From NCBI GenBank assembly GCA_043797085.1, contig JAZDQA010000011.1:128001-192000 (forward strand): a stretch of 64,000 nt of DNA. The letters run 5' to 3'. A program made the position numbers and the translations under genes. The DNA is from Pseudomonadota bacterium. GTDB lineage: Bacteria > Campylobacterota > Campylobacteria > Campylobacterales > Sulfurimonadaceae. Shown here piece after piece: positions 37,712 through 48,942 of the stretch. Position 1 is the stretch's first letter. Each line of letters begins with the position of its first letter. The notes beneath the pieces were generated by a model that searched no databases, was not told the DNA's origin, and saw nothing but the letters and a program-made list of their open reading frames with translations.

Positions 37712-38391
37712 TAATTTAACCCTCCAAATCGTCGTTCGATTTTTTTGAACTGTGCAATAATTTTTTCCAACTCATCCACACTAAAGTCCGGCCACAAGGT
37801 ATCGGTAAAAAAGAGCTCTGCATAAGCACTTTGCCACAGTAAAAAGTTAGAGATACGATTGTCTCCCCCTGTGCGTATTAGCAAATCGACATCACTGGCA
37901 GAATCGAGGGCGTTATTGAGCGATTCGGCAGTAATGGTTACTTGCTTTTCGTTGAGTTTATTGACCGCTCGCACTATCTCATCCCGTCCGCCATAATTGA
38001 GAGCGAGGCTTTGAATAAGTCCTGTACAATGGGCAGTTTTATCATAAACTTTTTGGATGGTTTTTTGCAATGAAGATGAAAATGCGGATATATCACCGAT
38101 AGGTTCAAAACGAATATTGTTTTCCAGATAGGTTGAAAGCTCATGTTTGAGATATTTTTCGAGCAATTTCATCAAAAATTCGACTTCGAGTTTCGGACGT
38201 TTCCAGTTTTCGGTACTAAACGCATAGAGAGTGAGTCGTTGGATTTCAGGATTTAATGAACAATAGGTGGTAATCACTCGGGCTGTTTCAGACCCTTTTT
38301 CATGTCCAAAAGTACGATTTTTTTTCTGAGTTTCAGCCCATCTTCCGTTACCGTCCATGATGATTGCGATATGAGAGGGAAGATTCATCAT
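37711..38391 (-). CDS. uppS: Undecaprenyl diphosphate synthase
   Basis: HIAIIMDGNGRWA, YAFSTENWKRP, NYGGR.EI, DLLIRTGG..R.SNFLLWQ. Confidence 0.98.
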   Translation of the reverse strand: MMNLPSHIAIIMDGNGRWAETQKKNRTFGHEKGSETARVITTYCSLNPEIQRLTLYAFSTENWKRPKLEVEFLMKLLEKYLKHELSTYLENNIRFEPIGDISAFSSSLQKTIQKVYDKTAHCTGLIQSLALNYGGRDEIVRAVNKLNEKQVTITAESLNNALDSASDVDLLIRTGGDNRISNFLLWQSAYAELFFTDTLWPDFSVDELEKIIAQFKKIERRFGGLN

Positions 38392-39659
38392 AAAGCGCAG
38401 GCTTGATCGAGAAGTTTGAGAGAAAGCGAAAGCTTATCAGTTGTCGGTAATGTATGTGATCCATTCGCCGTAATGAAATCAATAGCATTGGACTCACTGC
38501 CAAAAGGATTTTTGTCGTTGATGATATTGAGACAAACCGCATCGACATTTTTAGCGGTTAAAAGATTTTTGGCATTTATGTGTGCAGTTAAAGGGTCGGT
38601 TTCTGCTTTAAATGCGATGGTTTTAATTCCCTCTTTAGAACACGAAGCGAGCAAATCGATGTTTTGTTTCATTGGGATATTCCACGTGTCACCTAACATC
38701 TCTTTTTTGAGTTTTCCGTTTTGAGGATGGAGGGGAATGTAATCACTGACTGCAGCTGCCATAAAGAGAAACGGCTCTTTTTGAATTAATCCGATTGGTT
38801 CATCGTGGATGAGAGAAGGTTTGGAAAGTTTTCCTTTTTTCGCGATACGGATGGAATCGTTGAGGTATTCACCCATTTCATCCGAACTTTCGACATCGAT
38901 CGTATGAATTCCCAAAGGCAAATCATTCTCAAATCGAGTTGCGATGAGGTTTACATCTGCACCGCGTAAAAAAAGTGCGGTTGCGAGTGAAGAGGCCATT
39001 TTCCCACTGGAGCGATTACTAATGGTTCGAACATCATCGAGCTTTTCTATCGTACCGCCGCCGGTAACAATGACACGACGATCCGCCCAAAAATCATTTT
39101 TGAGCAAAATACGTGCCGTATTCCAAAAAATTTCCATGGGTTCCGCCATAGCACCATCTCCTACCGTTTCGCAGGCGAGTTCTTTGGTTTGGGTCGAAAC
39201 ACTGTCATAGTTTGCAATGGCGAGCATTTTCATGGACGCTTGGATCATCGGATTTTGGATCATGTGTGTATTGGCAGAGGGGGCGAGCAATTTTACCCCG
39301 CTAAAGGCAAGAGCGCATTGGGTGAGGATGGTGTCCGCAATCCCGTTGGCGAGCTTGGCGATGGTATTGGCAGTTGCAGGAGCGATAACCATGATGTCTG
39401 ACCCCTGAGAGAGTTTTATATGGTTGAAATCATCTCCTGCCCACGACTCGTTGGTATCATCGAGAACACGGTTACGACTGAGTGCTTCAAAAGATAGCGG
39501 TGCGATAAACTTTTTGGCAGCAGGGCTCATAACGACACTGACTTCAGCCCCCGCTTTGATGTAAAGACGCAACAGTTCAAGTGATTTGTACGCCGCGATA
39601 GAACCGGTTACGCCAAGAAGAATCTTTTTACCCGCTAAGAGATTAGAGGGGATCAGCAT
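38388..39659 (-). CDS. coaBC: Phosphopantothenoylcysteine decarboxylase/ligase
   Basis: GVTGSIAAYK, APATANTIAKLA.GIAD, ISNRSSGKMA, AAAVSDY. Confidence 0.97.
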   Translation of the reverse strand: MLIPSNLLAGKKILLGVTGSIAAYKSLELLRLYIKAGAEVSVVMSPAAKKFIAPLSFEALSRNRVLDDTNESWAGDDFNHIKLSQGSDIMVIAPATANTIAKLANGIADTILTQCALAFSGVKLLAPSANTHMIQNPMIQASMKMLAIANYDSVSTQTKELACETVGDGAMAEPMEIFWNTARILLKNDFWADRRVIVTGGGTIEKLDDVRTISNRSSGKMASSLATALFLRGADVNLIATRFENDLPLGIHTIDVESSDEMGEYLNDSIRIAKKGKLSKPSLIHDEPIGLIQKEPFLFMAAAVSDYIPLHPQNGKLKKEMLGDTWNIPMKQNIDLLASCSKEGIKTIAFKAETDPLTAHINAKNLLTAKNVDAVCLNIINDKNPFGSESNAIDFITANGSHTLPTTDKLSLSLKLLDQACAL

Positions 39660-40963
39660 TTGGTGCCTTTGCCGAAAAATTTAGTGAAAAAGCCGGCGAT
39701 TTTTCGGATGGGTGTGCGACTTAGAATGAGAATATCACTTTCATATTTTCCTGATGTTACCGTTGTACCTGCCGCGATCATGACGTTGTCCGCAATCTCC
39801 ACAGGAGCTACAAGCTGAGTATCGCTTCCCACAAAAACGTTTTTACCGATGATGGTTTGGTATTTGTTAACTCCATCGTAGTTGCAGGTGATGGTTCCCG
39901 CACCGATGTTGCTTCCCTCATCGATAGTGGCATCGCCGAGATAACTCAGATGTCCCGCTTTTACCCCTGTGAGAGTCGATTTTTTTACCTCGACAAAATT
40001 ACCGATATGGGTTCCTTCTATAACGCTTAAAGGACGAATATGTGCCATAGGTCCTATGTCAGAATTGCGAATAACACTCTCTTCGATAACACTGTGGGCT
40101 TTGATATGTGAATTTGAGATAAGGGTATCCCCGCACAGACGTACACCGTTTTCGATAATACATTCTCCTTCAAACTTGACTCCCTCTTCGATATAGATGG
40201 TGTGAGGCAGCTGCATAATAACTCCGCTATCCATCCAGTCACGGCGAAGTCGATCCATCATAATCATCTCAGAAGTGGCAAGATCGTTTTTGGAATTGAC
40301 CCCTTTGAACTCCGTCTCATGTACAAACAGCGGAGTGATAGTGAGATTGTCAGCTCGTGCAAGAGAGATAATGTCGGTGAGATAGTATTCGCTTTGTGCA
40401 TTAGCATTGGATAAAGAGGGAAGATAAGTCTGCAAAACATGATGTTTAAAGGCATAAACACCTGCATTAACGCTTTGAACACTTTTTTCTTCATGTGTTG
40501 CATCTTTTTCCTCGACAATACGCAAAACATGACCGCCTTCAATGATTACACGACCATAACCGCTTGGATTTTCCAGAGCGATAACCGACATGACGATGTC
40601 ACTTGGACTGTTCATAAATGCATCGATAGACGCTTTGGTGATCAGCGGCATATCTCCATTTAGGACTAAAACATCATCGTATTTTGGCTCAACATTCATC
40701 ATCGCTCCCCCAGTACCGGGGAAATTTTCGGTATCTTGGGTGACGAAAGTCAGTCCGTCAAAATATTTTTCCATAGCACGGATGACGGCATCTTTTTGGT
40801 GCGCGACGACGACGATAACATCATCGGTAATCTCACGCGCAGCCTTGATACTGTAGTAGAGCATCGAGCGTCCGCAAATCTCATGGAGTACTTTCGCCTT
40901 GGGCGATTTCATCCGGCTCCCTTTTCCGGCAGCTAGAATAACAATGGAAAGAGGGCTGGACAT
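39653..40963 (-). CDS. glmU: Bifunctional UDP-GlcNAc pyrophosphorylase/GlcN-1-P acetyltransferase
   Basis: ILAAGKG.RMKS, EYYLTD, GNFVEVK, HLSYLGD, GAGTITCNYDG. Confidence 0.98.
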   Translation of the reverse strand: MSSPLSIVILAAGKGSRMKSPKAKVLHEICGRSMLYYSIKAAREITDDVIVVVAHQKDAVIRAMEKYFDGLTFVTQDTENFPGTGGAMMNVEPKYDDVLVLNGDMPLITKASIDAFMNSPSDIVMSVIALENPSGYGRVIIEGGHVLRIVEEKDATHEEKSVQSVNAGVYAFKHHVLQTYLPSLSNANAQSEYYLTDIISLARADNLTITPLFVHETEFKGVNSKNDLATSEMIMMDRLRRDWMDSGVIMQLPHTIYIEEGVKFEGECIIENGVRLCGDTLISNSHIKAHSVIEESVIRNSDIGPMAHIRPLSVIEGTHIGNFVEVKKSTLTGVKAGHLSYLGDATIDEGSNIGAGTITCNYDGVNKYQTIIGKNVFVGSDTQLVAPVEIADNVMIAAGTTVTSGKYESDILILSRTPIRKIAGFFTKFFGKGTKC

Positions 40964-41065
40964 AGTTGCTCCTTGCGTATATTGATATCCTGCAATTTTA
41001 TCAGAATTAATCGAGAATAGCCCTTAGTCTATGGTATTATCCTCTTTTATTTTGGGAGCGTTGGC

Positions 41066-41800
41066 TTGGGTCGTTTTTTCTTCTTATTTCTTTTAATCCC
41101 TTTTGCCCTTTGGGGCGCTGATACACAGATGCCTGCCATGAGTTTTAATCTCGCTGCTCCTGAATCTCCTAAAGAGGTTGTAAGCTCTCTCAATATTTTG
41201 ATGATGCTTACCGTACTTTTTCTCGCACCGAGCCTTGTTTTGGTTATGACAACTTTTACCCGTTTTGTTATCGTTTTTGGATTTTTGCGTCAAGCTTTGG
41301 GGACTCAGCAGGTTCCGCCGACGCAGCTGCTTGTTATGCTTGCTCTTATTTTGACCGTATTTGTGATGGAACCTGTTGCTCAAAAATCGTATGACGAGGG
41401 GATAAAACCCTATACGGAAAATAAAATCTCTTACGATGAAGCATTTGAAAAAACAACCGATCCGTTCAAAAATTTTATGGTGCGTAATACTCGTGAAAAA
41501 GATTTGGCACTCTTTTTACGCATACGACACATGGAAAACCCTCAATCCATCAAAGAAGTGCCGTTGACGATCGTTATCCCTGCCTTTGTTATCAGTGAGC
41601 TAAAAACGGCGTTTGAAATCGGATTTTTGCTCTTTTTGCCCTTTTTGGTTATCGATATGGTGGTTGCTTCCATCTTGATGTCGATGGGTATGATGATGTT
41701 GCCTCCGGTTATGATCTCGATGCCGTTTAAAATACTTGTTTTTATCATGGTAGATGGGTGGAATCTCCTGATCGGCAATCTGATTGCCAGTGTGAAATAA
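41066..41800 (+). CDS. fliP: Flagellar export pore protein FliP
   Basis: FLRQALGTQQ.PP, PAFVISELKTAF.IGF, MGMMMLPP..IS.PFK. Confidence 0.98.
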   Translation: MGRFFFLFLLIPFALWGADTQMPAMSFNLAAPESPKEVVSSLNILMMLTVLFLAPSLVLVMTTFTRFVIVFGFLRQALGTQQVPPTQLLVMLALILTVFVMEPVAQKSYDEGIKPYTENKISYDEAFEKTTDPFKNFMVRNTREKDLALFLRIRHMENPQSIKEVPLTIVIPAFVISELKTAFEIGFLLFLPFLVIDMVVASILMSMGMMMLPPVMISMPFKILVFIMVDGWNLLIGNLIASVK

Positions 41801-41809
41801 AGGGTTTTG

Positions 41810-42925
41810 ATGGACTGTGAGTATTTTGGTCTTTGTGGAAGTTGTAGAGTATATGAAGAAGGCTATGCAGGTCAGTTAGAATCAAAAAGTCAAGCCATTA
41901 AAACACAATTCAGCCCTTATTTCAGTGGAAAAATTGATATATTTGAGTCCAAAGAAGAACATTATCGTTCCCGTGCCGAGTTTAAAATTTACCATGATGA
42001 CGAAGGTTCTTTTTATGCCATGAACCGTGCGGATAAACAAGGGGTGGTTAAAATAACCGACTGTTCTATCGTCCATGAGCAAATAGCGCGTATCATGCAG
42101 CCTCTATTAGAGCAAATCAAAAAATACGAATTGGGACATAAGCTGTTTGGGATTGATTTTTTGACCAGCAGCAGCGGTGAAGTATTGGCGAGTTTGATTT
42201 ATCATCGAGCGTTGGATGAGGCGTGGAGCGTGAATGCGCGCCTTATAGAAAATGAGTTGGGGATATATATCATCGGTCGAAGCCGTAAGCAAAAAATCAT
42301 TTTAAGCCAAGATTATGTCACTGAAACGCTTCATATAAAAAATCGTGATTATCGGTATATCCACATCGAAAACAGTTTTACCCAGCCCAATGCGCTTGTG
42401 AATGAAAAAATGGTCTCGTGGTCGCTCGAACAGCTTGAAGGAATCGGCGGAGATTTGCTCGAACTTTATTGCGGTGCGGGTAATTTTACGATTCCTTTTG
42501 CGACACAATTTGATCGGGTTTTAGCCACTGAAATTTCTAAAGCCTCTATCATTGCAGCAAAGCGAAATATGGAACTTAACGGCGTTGATAATATCGATTT
42601 CGTTCGTCTAAGCGCTGAAGAGTTTACATTGGCACTGGATGGCGTACGTGAATTTCGCCGTTTAGAGGGGTTGCAAGTAAGCGACTATTCTCTGAAAACT
42701 CTTTTTGTCGATCCTCCCCGCAGTGGTTTAGGTGAAGAACCTTGTGCCTTTGCTGCGCGTTTTGATCATCTGTTGTATATCTCCTGCAATCCTGAGACTT
42801 TGTTGCGAGATTTGGAGATTTTAGACCAGACCCATGAGGTTCAGGCAATGGCATTGTTTGATCAATTTCCGTATACGCACCATCTGGAGATGGGGGTAAA
42901 ACTGACTCGAAAGGGTCTGTCGTGA
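41810..42925 (+). CDS. trmA: tRNA (uridine54-C5)-methyltransferase
   Basis: YR.RAEF, FTQPN, DLLELYCG.GNF, VDPPR.G, YISCNP.TL, FDQFPYT.H.E.G. Confidence 0.95.
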   Translation: MDCEYFGLCGSCRVYEEGYAGQLESKSQAIKTQFSPYFSGKIDIFESKEEHYRSRAEFKIYHDDEGSFYAMNRADKQGVVKITDCSIVHEQIARIMQPLLEQIKKYELGHKLFGIDFLTSSSGEVLASLIYHRALDEAWSVNARLIENELGIYIIGRSRKQKIILSQDYVTETLHIKNRDYRYIHIENSFTQPNALVNEKMVSWSLEQLEGIGGDLLELYCGAGNFTIPFATQFDRVLATEISKASIIAAKRNMELNGVDNIDFVRLSAEEFTLALDGVREFRRLEGLQVSDYSLKTLFVDPPRSGLGEEPCAFAARFDHLLYISCNPETLLRDLEILDQTHEVQAMALFDQFPYTHHLEMGVKLTRKGLS

Positions 42926-44169
42926 GAAAGATTTTAATTTCATTATGTGCAGCCACCGTGTTAAGTGCAACGAGTAATGACCCTCAATCAATCTTGACCG
43001 AGGTTTCAAAGCTGCGTCAAATGTATGATGAGTGTAAAGCAACTCAGGCTACAGTCGGAGGAGTAGGACCTAAAACTGTTGTAGAATCTAGCAGTAAAAA
43101 TAAATCATTAAATCAAGAAATCTCTCAAAAAAACGGCGTTATAAAAAGCCTGGAACAAACCCTGCTCTCACGTGATCGTGCTTACCGTGAAGCCACGGCA
43201 CAAAATAAAAATTTAATCTCACAGCTTCATACGCAAAAGGTATCGGTTCAAGAGCGTGAAACACTAAAACGTGCGGTAGAAACGGCTAAAGCTGAATTAT
43301 TGGTTGCACAAAAAGCGTTAAAGCAAGCAGGCGGAGTTAAGACCGTTTATAAAGATCGTTCCGTTGTGCAGGAAAAAATTGTTACTAAAACCGTTGAATC
43401 AAATGAAAAAATAAATAAGCTGCAGCGTGATCTTGCAACAGCCCAGACAACCATCGCAAATCTTCAAAACACAGCACTAAAAACGGTTGGAAAAGATAAG
43501 ATCATTGAAAAAGTAGTGTATCGAGATCGTCCTGTTGCATATGAAAAAATTGTTGAAAAAATTGTCTATCGAGATCGACCGATTAGCAAAGATAAAGCGG
43601 TTGAAAAAGTAGTCTATAAAGATCGTCCTGTTGTGAAAGAGAAAATAGTTGAAAAAATTGTCTATAAAGATCGTCCGATCGTAAGAGAAAAGATCGTCGA
43701 AAAAGTAGTCTACAAAGATCGTCTTGTTGTCAAAGAGAAAATAGTTGAAAAAACCGTCCATAAAGAATTAAAAGTTCCAAAAAATTCGCCGAAAACAGTG
43801 TTGAAAGCCGAAGCAATTAAGCAAGAACCGGTGAAAAAACAAGTGATTGATAGAAAAGTGATGGATGAGCAAAAACGTCGTCAAGCGGATAAGCTGGCGT
43901 TGGAACAAGAACGCAAGAAAAGTGCTAAAGTAGCATCCATCCCTACCACAAAAAGAGCTGCTCCATCAGCGTACCGTATGGCAACGATAGCCTCCATTTA
44001 CAATGCACCTAATGGAACAAAAGTCGATATGTGGGAAGCTGGACGGTCATTTACCTCAGGAACCAGCAATGGAGGCTGGGTTAAAATTACAGGCTATTTT
44101 GTAAACCGTGTCTGGCAATCAGCGGATGAAGATTATTGGGTAAAAGAGAGTGACGTTATCCGAAGATAA
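42922..44169 (+). CDS. Secreted coiled-coil protein with 16-aa tandem repeats and SH3-like C-terminus
   Basis: Signal peptide, coiled coil, about six (E/D)K.VEK(V/I)VY(K/R)DRP repeats, C-terminal IY.AP.G...W.KITGYF...W. Confidence 0.85.
   Translation: MRKILISLCAATVLSATSNDPQSILTEVSKLRQMYDECKATQATVGGVGPKTVVESSSKNKSLNQEISQKNGVIKSLEQTLLSRDRAYREATAQNKNLISQLHTQKVSVQERETLKRAVETAKAELLVAQKALKQAGGVKTVYKDRSVVQEKIVTKTVESNEKINKLQRDLATAQTTIANLQNTALKTVGKDKIIEKVVYRDRPVAYEKIVEKIVYRDRPISKDKAVEKVVYKDRPVVKEKIVEKIVYKDRPIVREKIVEKVVYKDRLVVKEKIVEKTVHKELKVPKNSPKTVLKAEAIKQEPVKKQVIDRKVMDEQKRRQADKLALEQERKKSAKVASIPTTKRAAPSAYRMATIASIYNAPNGTKVDMWEAGRSFTSGTSNGGWVKITGYFVNRVWQSADEDYWVKESDVIRR
43492..43782 (+). repeat. Intragenic 48-bp tandem repeat (about 6 units)
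   Basis: Recurring GAAAAA(A/G)T.GT.TAT(A/C)(A/G)AGATCG.CC at 48-nt spacing. Confidence 0.85.
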
Positions 44170-44174
44170 CGGAA

Positions 44175-44687
44175 TTAATACCCATCAAAAGGCATTTTTG
44201 CCTCTTTCCATCCGAACATAAATCCATTTTCAAGATTGTAGGCTTTGATTCCCTCTTTTGCAAGAATATTTGCTGCTGCTTTTGAGCGTGGTCCGCTGCG
44301 ACATACGAGGATGACTGAATCAACTTTACGAAGTTTCATCGCAGCCATGACATCGGTAATAAAATTTTTATTGATAACTTCTTTGGCATCGTAAAGTTTT
44401 TGGGTATCAATATGCCCTTTTGTCTTGTTCGTTTTGAGTTCAAATTCTGAACTTTTTACCCGCTCTTCGATTGATTTTGGGATATAAGTCCACTCATACG
44501 CAGGAATATTGACAAACCCTTCACCGTGACCAGTATAAATGAATTCAAGTGTGGTACGGACATCTATGATAATGGCTTCCCCTTTTTTTTGCATTTCATG
44601 GGCTTCAGGCGCAGTGAGATCACTTTCGTAAATATCATCGGCATTTAGTGCAATGCATGCCAGTAAAATGATTAATATTTTGTTCAA
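44175..44687 (-). CDS. Periplasmic rhodanese-like protein
   Basis: Signal peptide, IIDVRT..EF...GH, VCRSGPRS, NL..GF..GW; TTG start with GAAGGA RBS. Confidence 0.88.
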   Translation of the reverse strand: MNKILIILLACIALNADDIYESDLTAPEAHEMQKKGEAIIIDVRTTLEFIYTGHGEGFVNIPAYEWTYIPKSIEERVKSSEFELKTNKTKGHIDTQKLYDAKEVINKNFITDVMAAMKLRKVDSVILVCRSGPRSKAAANILAKEGIKAYNLENGFMFGWKEAKMPFDGY

Positions 44688-44788
44688 TATTAAGTCCTTC
44701 AAATAATTTGTAACGTGATTGTATCTCATAAAGATTATACTTAGATGAATGAAAACTGGGTATTATTTTAAAAAAGCGATGTAAATTT

Positions 44789-46687
44789 ATGGTTGAAGTT
44801 ATAAAAATCGTTTATGTTACCGATTGGAGAATCGGAGATTATAATTTAGCAGAACAAGATCCATTTTTCAATGTCTTAAAAGGATTCGATGCAGATCTTA
44901 CTATACGTAATGATTTGCCGGAACACTATGATGAAATCGATCTTTTAATTCTCCATCCGATGCAGATGAAGGATGAAATTTTCGAGACGATCAGCCGTAG
45001 CAAAATTCAAAACCCTGCCATAAAGACGGTTGTTATCTCCAGTGCTCATGGGAGTGATCTTTTTTTACAGGCCATTGACGTGGGTGTTGATAAATATCTA
45101 CTCAAACCCTTACTACCCAGCGCGGTTAAAAAAGTTGTTGAACGTCTTATTACGCAATCGATTGAAGCAAAACAGGCACAAAAAGCATACCGACAAATTA
45201 ATTTGATGTTCGGATCAATCTCCAAAACAGCTTTAGTCATTCGAATTGCTCATAATGGGATGATTGCAGAGGTTAACTCACTGCTTAGCTCATTGATTGG
45301 GATGGCTCCTGAAGAGATGCTAGGACACTATTGGCTTCGATTTGTAGAACAACGTTTTTGGATGCATCTTAGAACAATAGTTAGAGCACATATTCAAGTG
45401 GGAGAAATTTATCGAGGGATAATCGAGATCGTAGGATTAAATCATCAGACCATTACAGTTGATTCGACTATTTATGCGGTATTGGACAGTCGAGGAAATA
45501 TCGAAGAGATTGTTTTTATCGGACATGATGTCAGCGGGATGAAGAGGGCAATTTTAGAGAGTATGAAACAGTTAATCGATTATGATACTTCGTTAGCAGT
45601 TTTATTTGATCATCGTTATGAAGCGATCATGGTCAACCGTAAATTTTTAGAGATTAATGGATATAACAATTTTGAAGCATTGGTAGAAAGTTGCGATTTA
45701 TGGTCATGGATGGTCGAAACGAACGAAGGATTGCAACCCATATTATCAGAAAAGTGTTCTCAGAAAGATGGGCTTGAATTTATCGTTAAAAAGGTGAAAA
45801 ACGGGCATATTAACGGACGTATTATTTCTATTGATTTGAATAACAATAAAGTCTATTACACGGTTCATATGAGTTCCATGACTAATCCGTTAATTCAAAA
45901 TGAGCAATATCATATTCTTTATTTTGTGGATGTGAGTGATTTTGAACGTTTAAAAGAAGAGAAAATTAATGATGCTAAATTGATAAGTGTGGGACGTTTG
46001 GCTGCTGCAATTACTCATGAGATTAACACACCGATTACTTATATAAAAGGGAACCTTGAATTACTTAAATGGGAATGTGAAGGAAAAGTCGAGCAATTAG
46101 AAAGTTACTTTAAACCGATTGATGAGGGGATTGAGAGGATTGAATTTATTGTAGGATCAATGTACGAATTTGCAGGTACCGGTAAAGAGGCGATGGCGGT
46201 ATGCAGTGTTGATATGACACTTGTTTATGGATTACGCATCGTTTTGAATCGTGCCAAACACATTGTCCCTATTCGACTAAACGGTCAATTATTTTCACTC
46301 ACAACGAAATACAATCCAAAATACTGTATGACAATGGGGATATCGACACGACTCGAACAAGTTTGGATCATTATTCTCAATAATGCATTGGATGAATTTG
46401 AAAAAGGTATAATACCTTATGAAAATAGACGACTAGACATTGGGTTGAAATGTGATAGTGATGATGTTTTAGTAACCATTGGTGATAATGCCGGAGGAAT
46501 ACCGACAGCGATGATGGATACTTTATTTGACTTTGCGATCAGTGGAGAGAAAAAAAAGAGTATGGGAATTGGGCTTAATGTGGCAAAAGCTATTATTGAC
46601 AAACACGGTGGAAATATTCGGGCTTCAAATGAAAACAATGGTGCTATCTTTGAAATCAGTTTGAAAAAATACAAGGAGGATAAGTAA
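44789..46687 (+). CDS. Cytoplasmic sensor histidine kinase (degenerate REC-PAS-HisKA-HATPase)
   Basis: [10 protein letters not shown]-box, NNALD, DNAGGIP, GIGL.VAK.II.KH.G; N-terminal REC-like YLLKP without an obvious phospho-Asp. Confidence 0.9.
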   Translation: MVEVIKIVYVTDWRIGDYNLAEQDPFFNVLKGFDADLTIRNDLPEHYDEIDLLILHPMQMKDEIFETISRSKIQNPAIKTVVISSAHGSDLFLQAIDVGVDKYLLKPLLPSAVKKVVERLITQSIEAKQAQKAYRQINLMFGSISKTALVIRIAHNGMIAEVNSLLSSLIGMAPEEMLGHYWLRFVEQRFWMHLRTIVRAHIQVGEIYRGIIEIVGLNHQTITVDSTIYAVLDSRGNIEEIVFIGHDVSGMKRAILESMKQLIDYDTSLAVLFDHRYEAIMVNRKFLEINGYNNFEALVESCDLWSWMVETNEGLQPILSEKCSQKDGLEFIVKKVKNGHINGRIISIDLNNNKVYYTVHMSSMTNPLIQNEQYHILYFVDVSDFERLKEEKINDAKLISVGRLAAAITHEINTPITYIKGNLELLKWECEGKVEQLESYFKPIDEGIERIEFIVGSMYEFAGTGKEAMAVCSVDMTLVYGLRIVLNRAKHIVPIRLNGQLFSLTTKYNPKYCMTMGISTRLEQVWIIILNNALDEFEKGIIPYENRRLDIGLKCDSDDVLVTIGDNAGGIPTAMMDTLFDFAISGEKKKSMGIGLNVAKAIIDKHGGNIRASNENNGAIFEISLKKYKEDK

Positions 46688-48009
46688 TGTTTTTCGGAAA
46701 AGAAGCGGCAAAACATAAAGAAGCAGCAGATATTTTACGGGTTGAACGGGATATTTTAAAAGCTGAACTTGCGTTATATAAAGAGATAGCAGCATTGAGC
46801 CTAAAAGAGGCCATTATTGTGTTGAACGATCGAAATGAACCCATTTTTTTTAATACAAAAGCGGATGCAATCATCAACAAAGATGCTGTGGTAAGAGAAC
46901 TTGTTAAGGGTTCTAAAGAAATCGTTGTGGGTGAGTGTGAAGCCTCAGTCGAGGGCAAAAATCTGAGCAATGAGGCAAGAGGGTTTATTTTGACAAAAGC
47001 CTCTGTTGTAGGTGGCGAACAAGGCGGATTGTTAGAGATGCATCAAAAGAGTATCAAAGGCGCCTTGGATGCGACTCAGCATGTCTTTATTGATATTTTA
47101 GATAAGCTCAAAGAGATGGTTGAGCAGTCGAATGAAACGGCACGAGGGTCTGATGAGGGGCTAAAAATAGCTAATCATGTCGATGAGGATATGAACAAGC
47201 TCGCAGAATTGATGGAGGGGACGCTAGCAACAACTGCTAATTTAGTGAATCGCTCACATGAGGTTTCCAGTGTTGTCGCATTGATCAAAGATATTGCTGA
47301 TCAAACTAACCTGCTTGCTTTGAACGCAGCGATAGAGGCAGCACGGGCAGGAGAGCACGGTAGAGGGTTTGCGGTTGTCGCTGATGAGGTACGTAAACTT
47401 GCTGAACGGACTCAAAAAGCGACCAAAGAGATTGAAATTGTAATTCAGTCTATGCAGCAAGATACCAATGAGATTGAAACAGCAACCGAAGAACTTTCAG
47501 GGATCGTAATCAGCACGAAAGACGAAGTGAGTCAAATGTCAGATCGAATGGGAATTTTTCAGCGTAATGCTTCACGAAGTGTATTTGAAATTATGGACAT
47601 AAGCAATTATATCTTCAGTAATCTGGCAAAAATTGACCACGTTATCTATAAAAACAATGTCTATGCCTTCTTGTTCGGTCAAGAAAATGGTTTTAAAGCA
47701 GTTGATCATCATTCGTGCCGTTTGGGTAAATGGTATGATAATGGCGTAGGAAAAGAGCAGTTTGGAATGCTGAAATCCTACAGTCGTTTGGAAAAACCAC
47801 ATGGAACGGTTCATTCGAATGCGAATGCGTTGATCGCCGATTGCGGTGATGGCAAAAAACTTTGTTCACGAACCCAAATCGAACAGCGAATTAGAACCAT
47901 TGAAGCCGCAAGCCAAGAGGTATTTGAAGCGTTGGATATTTTGGTTGCAGAAAAAAATGAGCAGATGATGGGAACTGCACTTAAAAATCTGTTTGGAGGG
48001 GAAAAATGA
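46687..48009 (+). CDS. Soluble chemoreceptor with C-terminal CZB zinc-binding domain (TlpD-like)
   Basis: MCP signature; [23 protein letters not shown]; no TM. Confidence 0.93.
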   Translation: MFFGKEAAKHKEAADILRVERDILKAELALYKEIAALSLKEAIIVLNDRNEPIFFNTKADAIINKDAVVRELVKGSKEIVVGECEASVEGKNLSNEARGFILTKASVVGGEQGGLLEMHQKSIKGALDATQHVFIDILDKLKEMVEQSNETARGSDEGLKIANHVDEDMNKLAELMEGTLATTANLVNRSHEVSSVVALIKDIADQTNLLALNAAIEAARAGEHGRGFAVVADEVRKLAERTQKATKEIEIVIQSMQQDTNEIETATEELSGIVISTKDEVSQMSDRMGIFQRNASRSVFEIMDISNYIFSNLAKIDHVIYKNNVYAFLFGQENGFKAVDHHSCRLGKWYDNGVGKEQFGMLKSYSRLEKPHGTVHSNANALIADCGDGKKLCSRTQIEQRIRTIEAASQEVFEALDILVAEKNEQMMGTALKNLFGGEK

Positions 48010-48377
48010 TCCGTTTGATGATTGTCGATGATGAAACTTCTATTGGGATGATGCTCGAAAAAGCATTGGGACGTTCTGGAGATATTAGTGTGACCTATTT
48101 TGATAATCCTGTAAATGCTCTTAATCAATTTAAACCGGATAAGTATGATGGGGTATTACTTGATATTATGATGCCTCAAAAAGATGGGATAAGTGTTCTC
48201 GAAGAGATAAAAGAAAAAGATCCAAAATGCGTTGTTATCATGATGACAGCCTATTCTAGCCTTGATAAAGTGTTACAGAGCCATAAAATAGGAGCTGATC
48301 ACTATATTTTAAAGCCGTTTGATTCACTTTCAAATGTAGAGAAAAAAGTACGTGAACTGATTGAAAAGAAAAAATAG
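48006..48377 (+). CDS. Single-domain response regulator
   Basis: IVDDE, LLDIMMP..DG, MMTAY, YILKPF. Confidence 0.95.
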   Translation: MIRLMIVDDETSIGMMLEKALGRSGDISVTYFDNPVNALNQFKPDKYDGVLLDIMMPQKDGISVLEEIKEKDPKCVVIMMTAYSSLDKVLQSHKIGADHYILKPFDSLSNVEKKVRELIEKKK

Positions 48378-48382
48378 ATTAG

Positions 48383-48407
48383 AGGGAATTTTATTCCCTT
48401 TTTTTTT
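48383..48407 (+). terminator. Rho-independent terminator
   Basis: AGGGAAT-ttt-ATTCCCT then a T run. Confidence 0.75.
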
Positions 48408-48446
48408 GGCTAAAATTTTTATACATTAGTAAATCGCTATGAATAC

Positions 48447-48475
48447 TTGACAATAAGAAAAAGCTACATTAAGAT
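48447..48475 (+). promoter_or_regulatory. sigma70 promoter TTGACA-17-TAAGAT
   Basis: Perfect -35 with 17-nt spacer, upstream of the DUF4395-Rrf2 genes. Confidence 0.6.
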
Positions 48476-48498
48476 TGTGAAAAATTTAGGAGAACATA

Positions 48499-48942
48499 AT
48501 GTCTCAACAATGCCCTTTAATCTTTAGACATGTAGATGCTACTGTTACACGAATCAATACTTTATTTGTAATAGTTAGTATTATTGCATTTTTAGCGACA
48601 CAGTATTCGATTATATTGATAGTGCTGATTATGGATTTTGCCCTTCGACTCTATGGTTTCAAACACTTAAGTCCCATTAATATCAGTTCGCTATGGATAC
48701 AGAAAAAAGGCTCTCTTCCTGTCAAAATGGAAGATGCCGGTGCTAAACGTCTTGCGGCATTTTTTGGCGTTGCATTTACGATTGCGTTGTTAATTAGTTC
48801 GTTGATTGGCGCAGAGATCATAGGTGCTTTTATCGCTGGAATATTTCTCTTTTGTGCGGCATTGGAACTTCTATTTGGGTTTTGTATTGCGTGCAAGATT
48901 TATTATATAGCCAAAAAAGTTTATCCAAAAGGCTTTTTATAA
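48499..48942 (+). CDS. DUF4395 membrane protein
   Basis: VD..V.R.N, DF.LR, AKR.AA..G, ALE...GFC..C..Y. Confidence 0.88.
   Translation: MSQQCPLIFRHVDATVTRINTLFVIVSIIAFLATQYSIILIVLIMDFALRLYGFKHLSPINISSLWIQKKGSLPVKMEDAGAKRLAAFFGVAFTIALLISSLIGAEIIGAFIAGIFLFCAALELLFGFCIACKIYYIAKKVYPKGFL

Noticed and set aside
43477..43761. Phe-rich repetitive minus-strand ORF
   Set aside because: Antisense shadow of the 48-bp tandem repeat.
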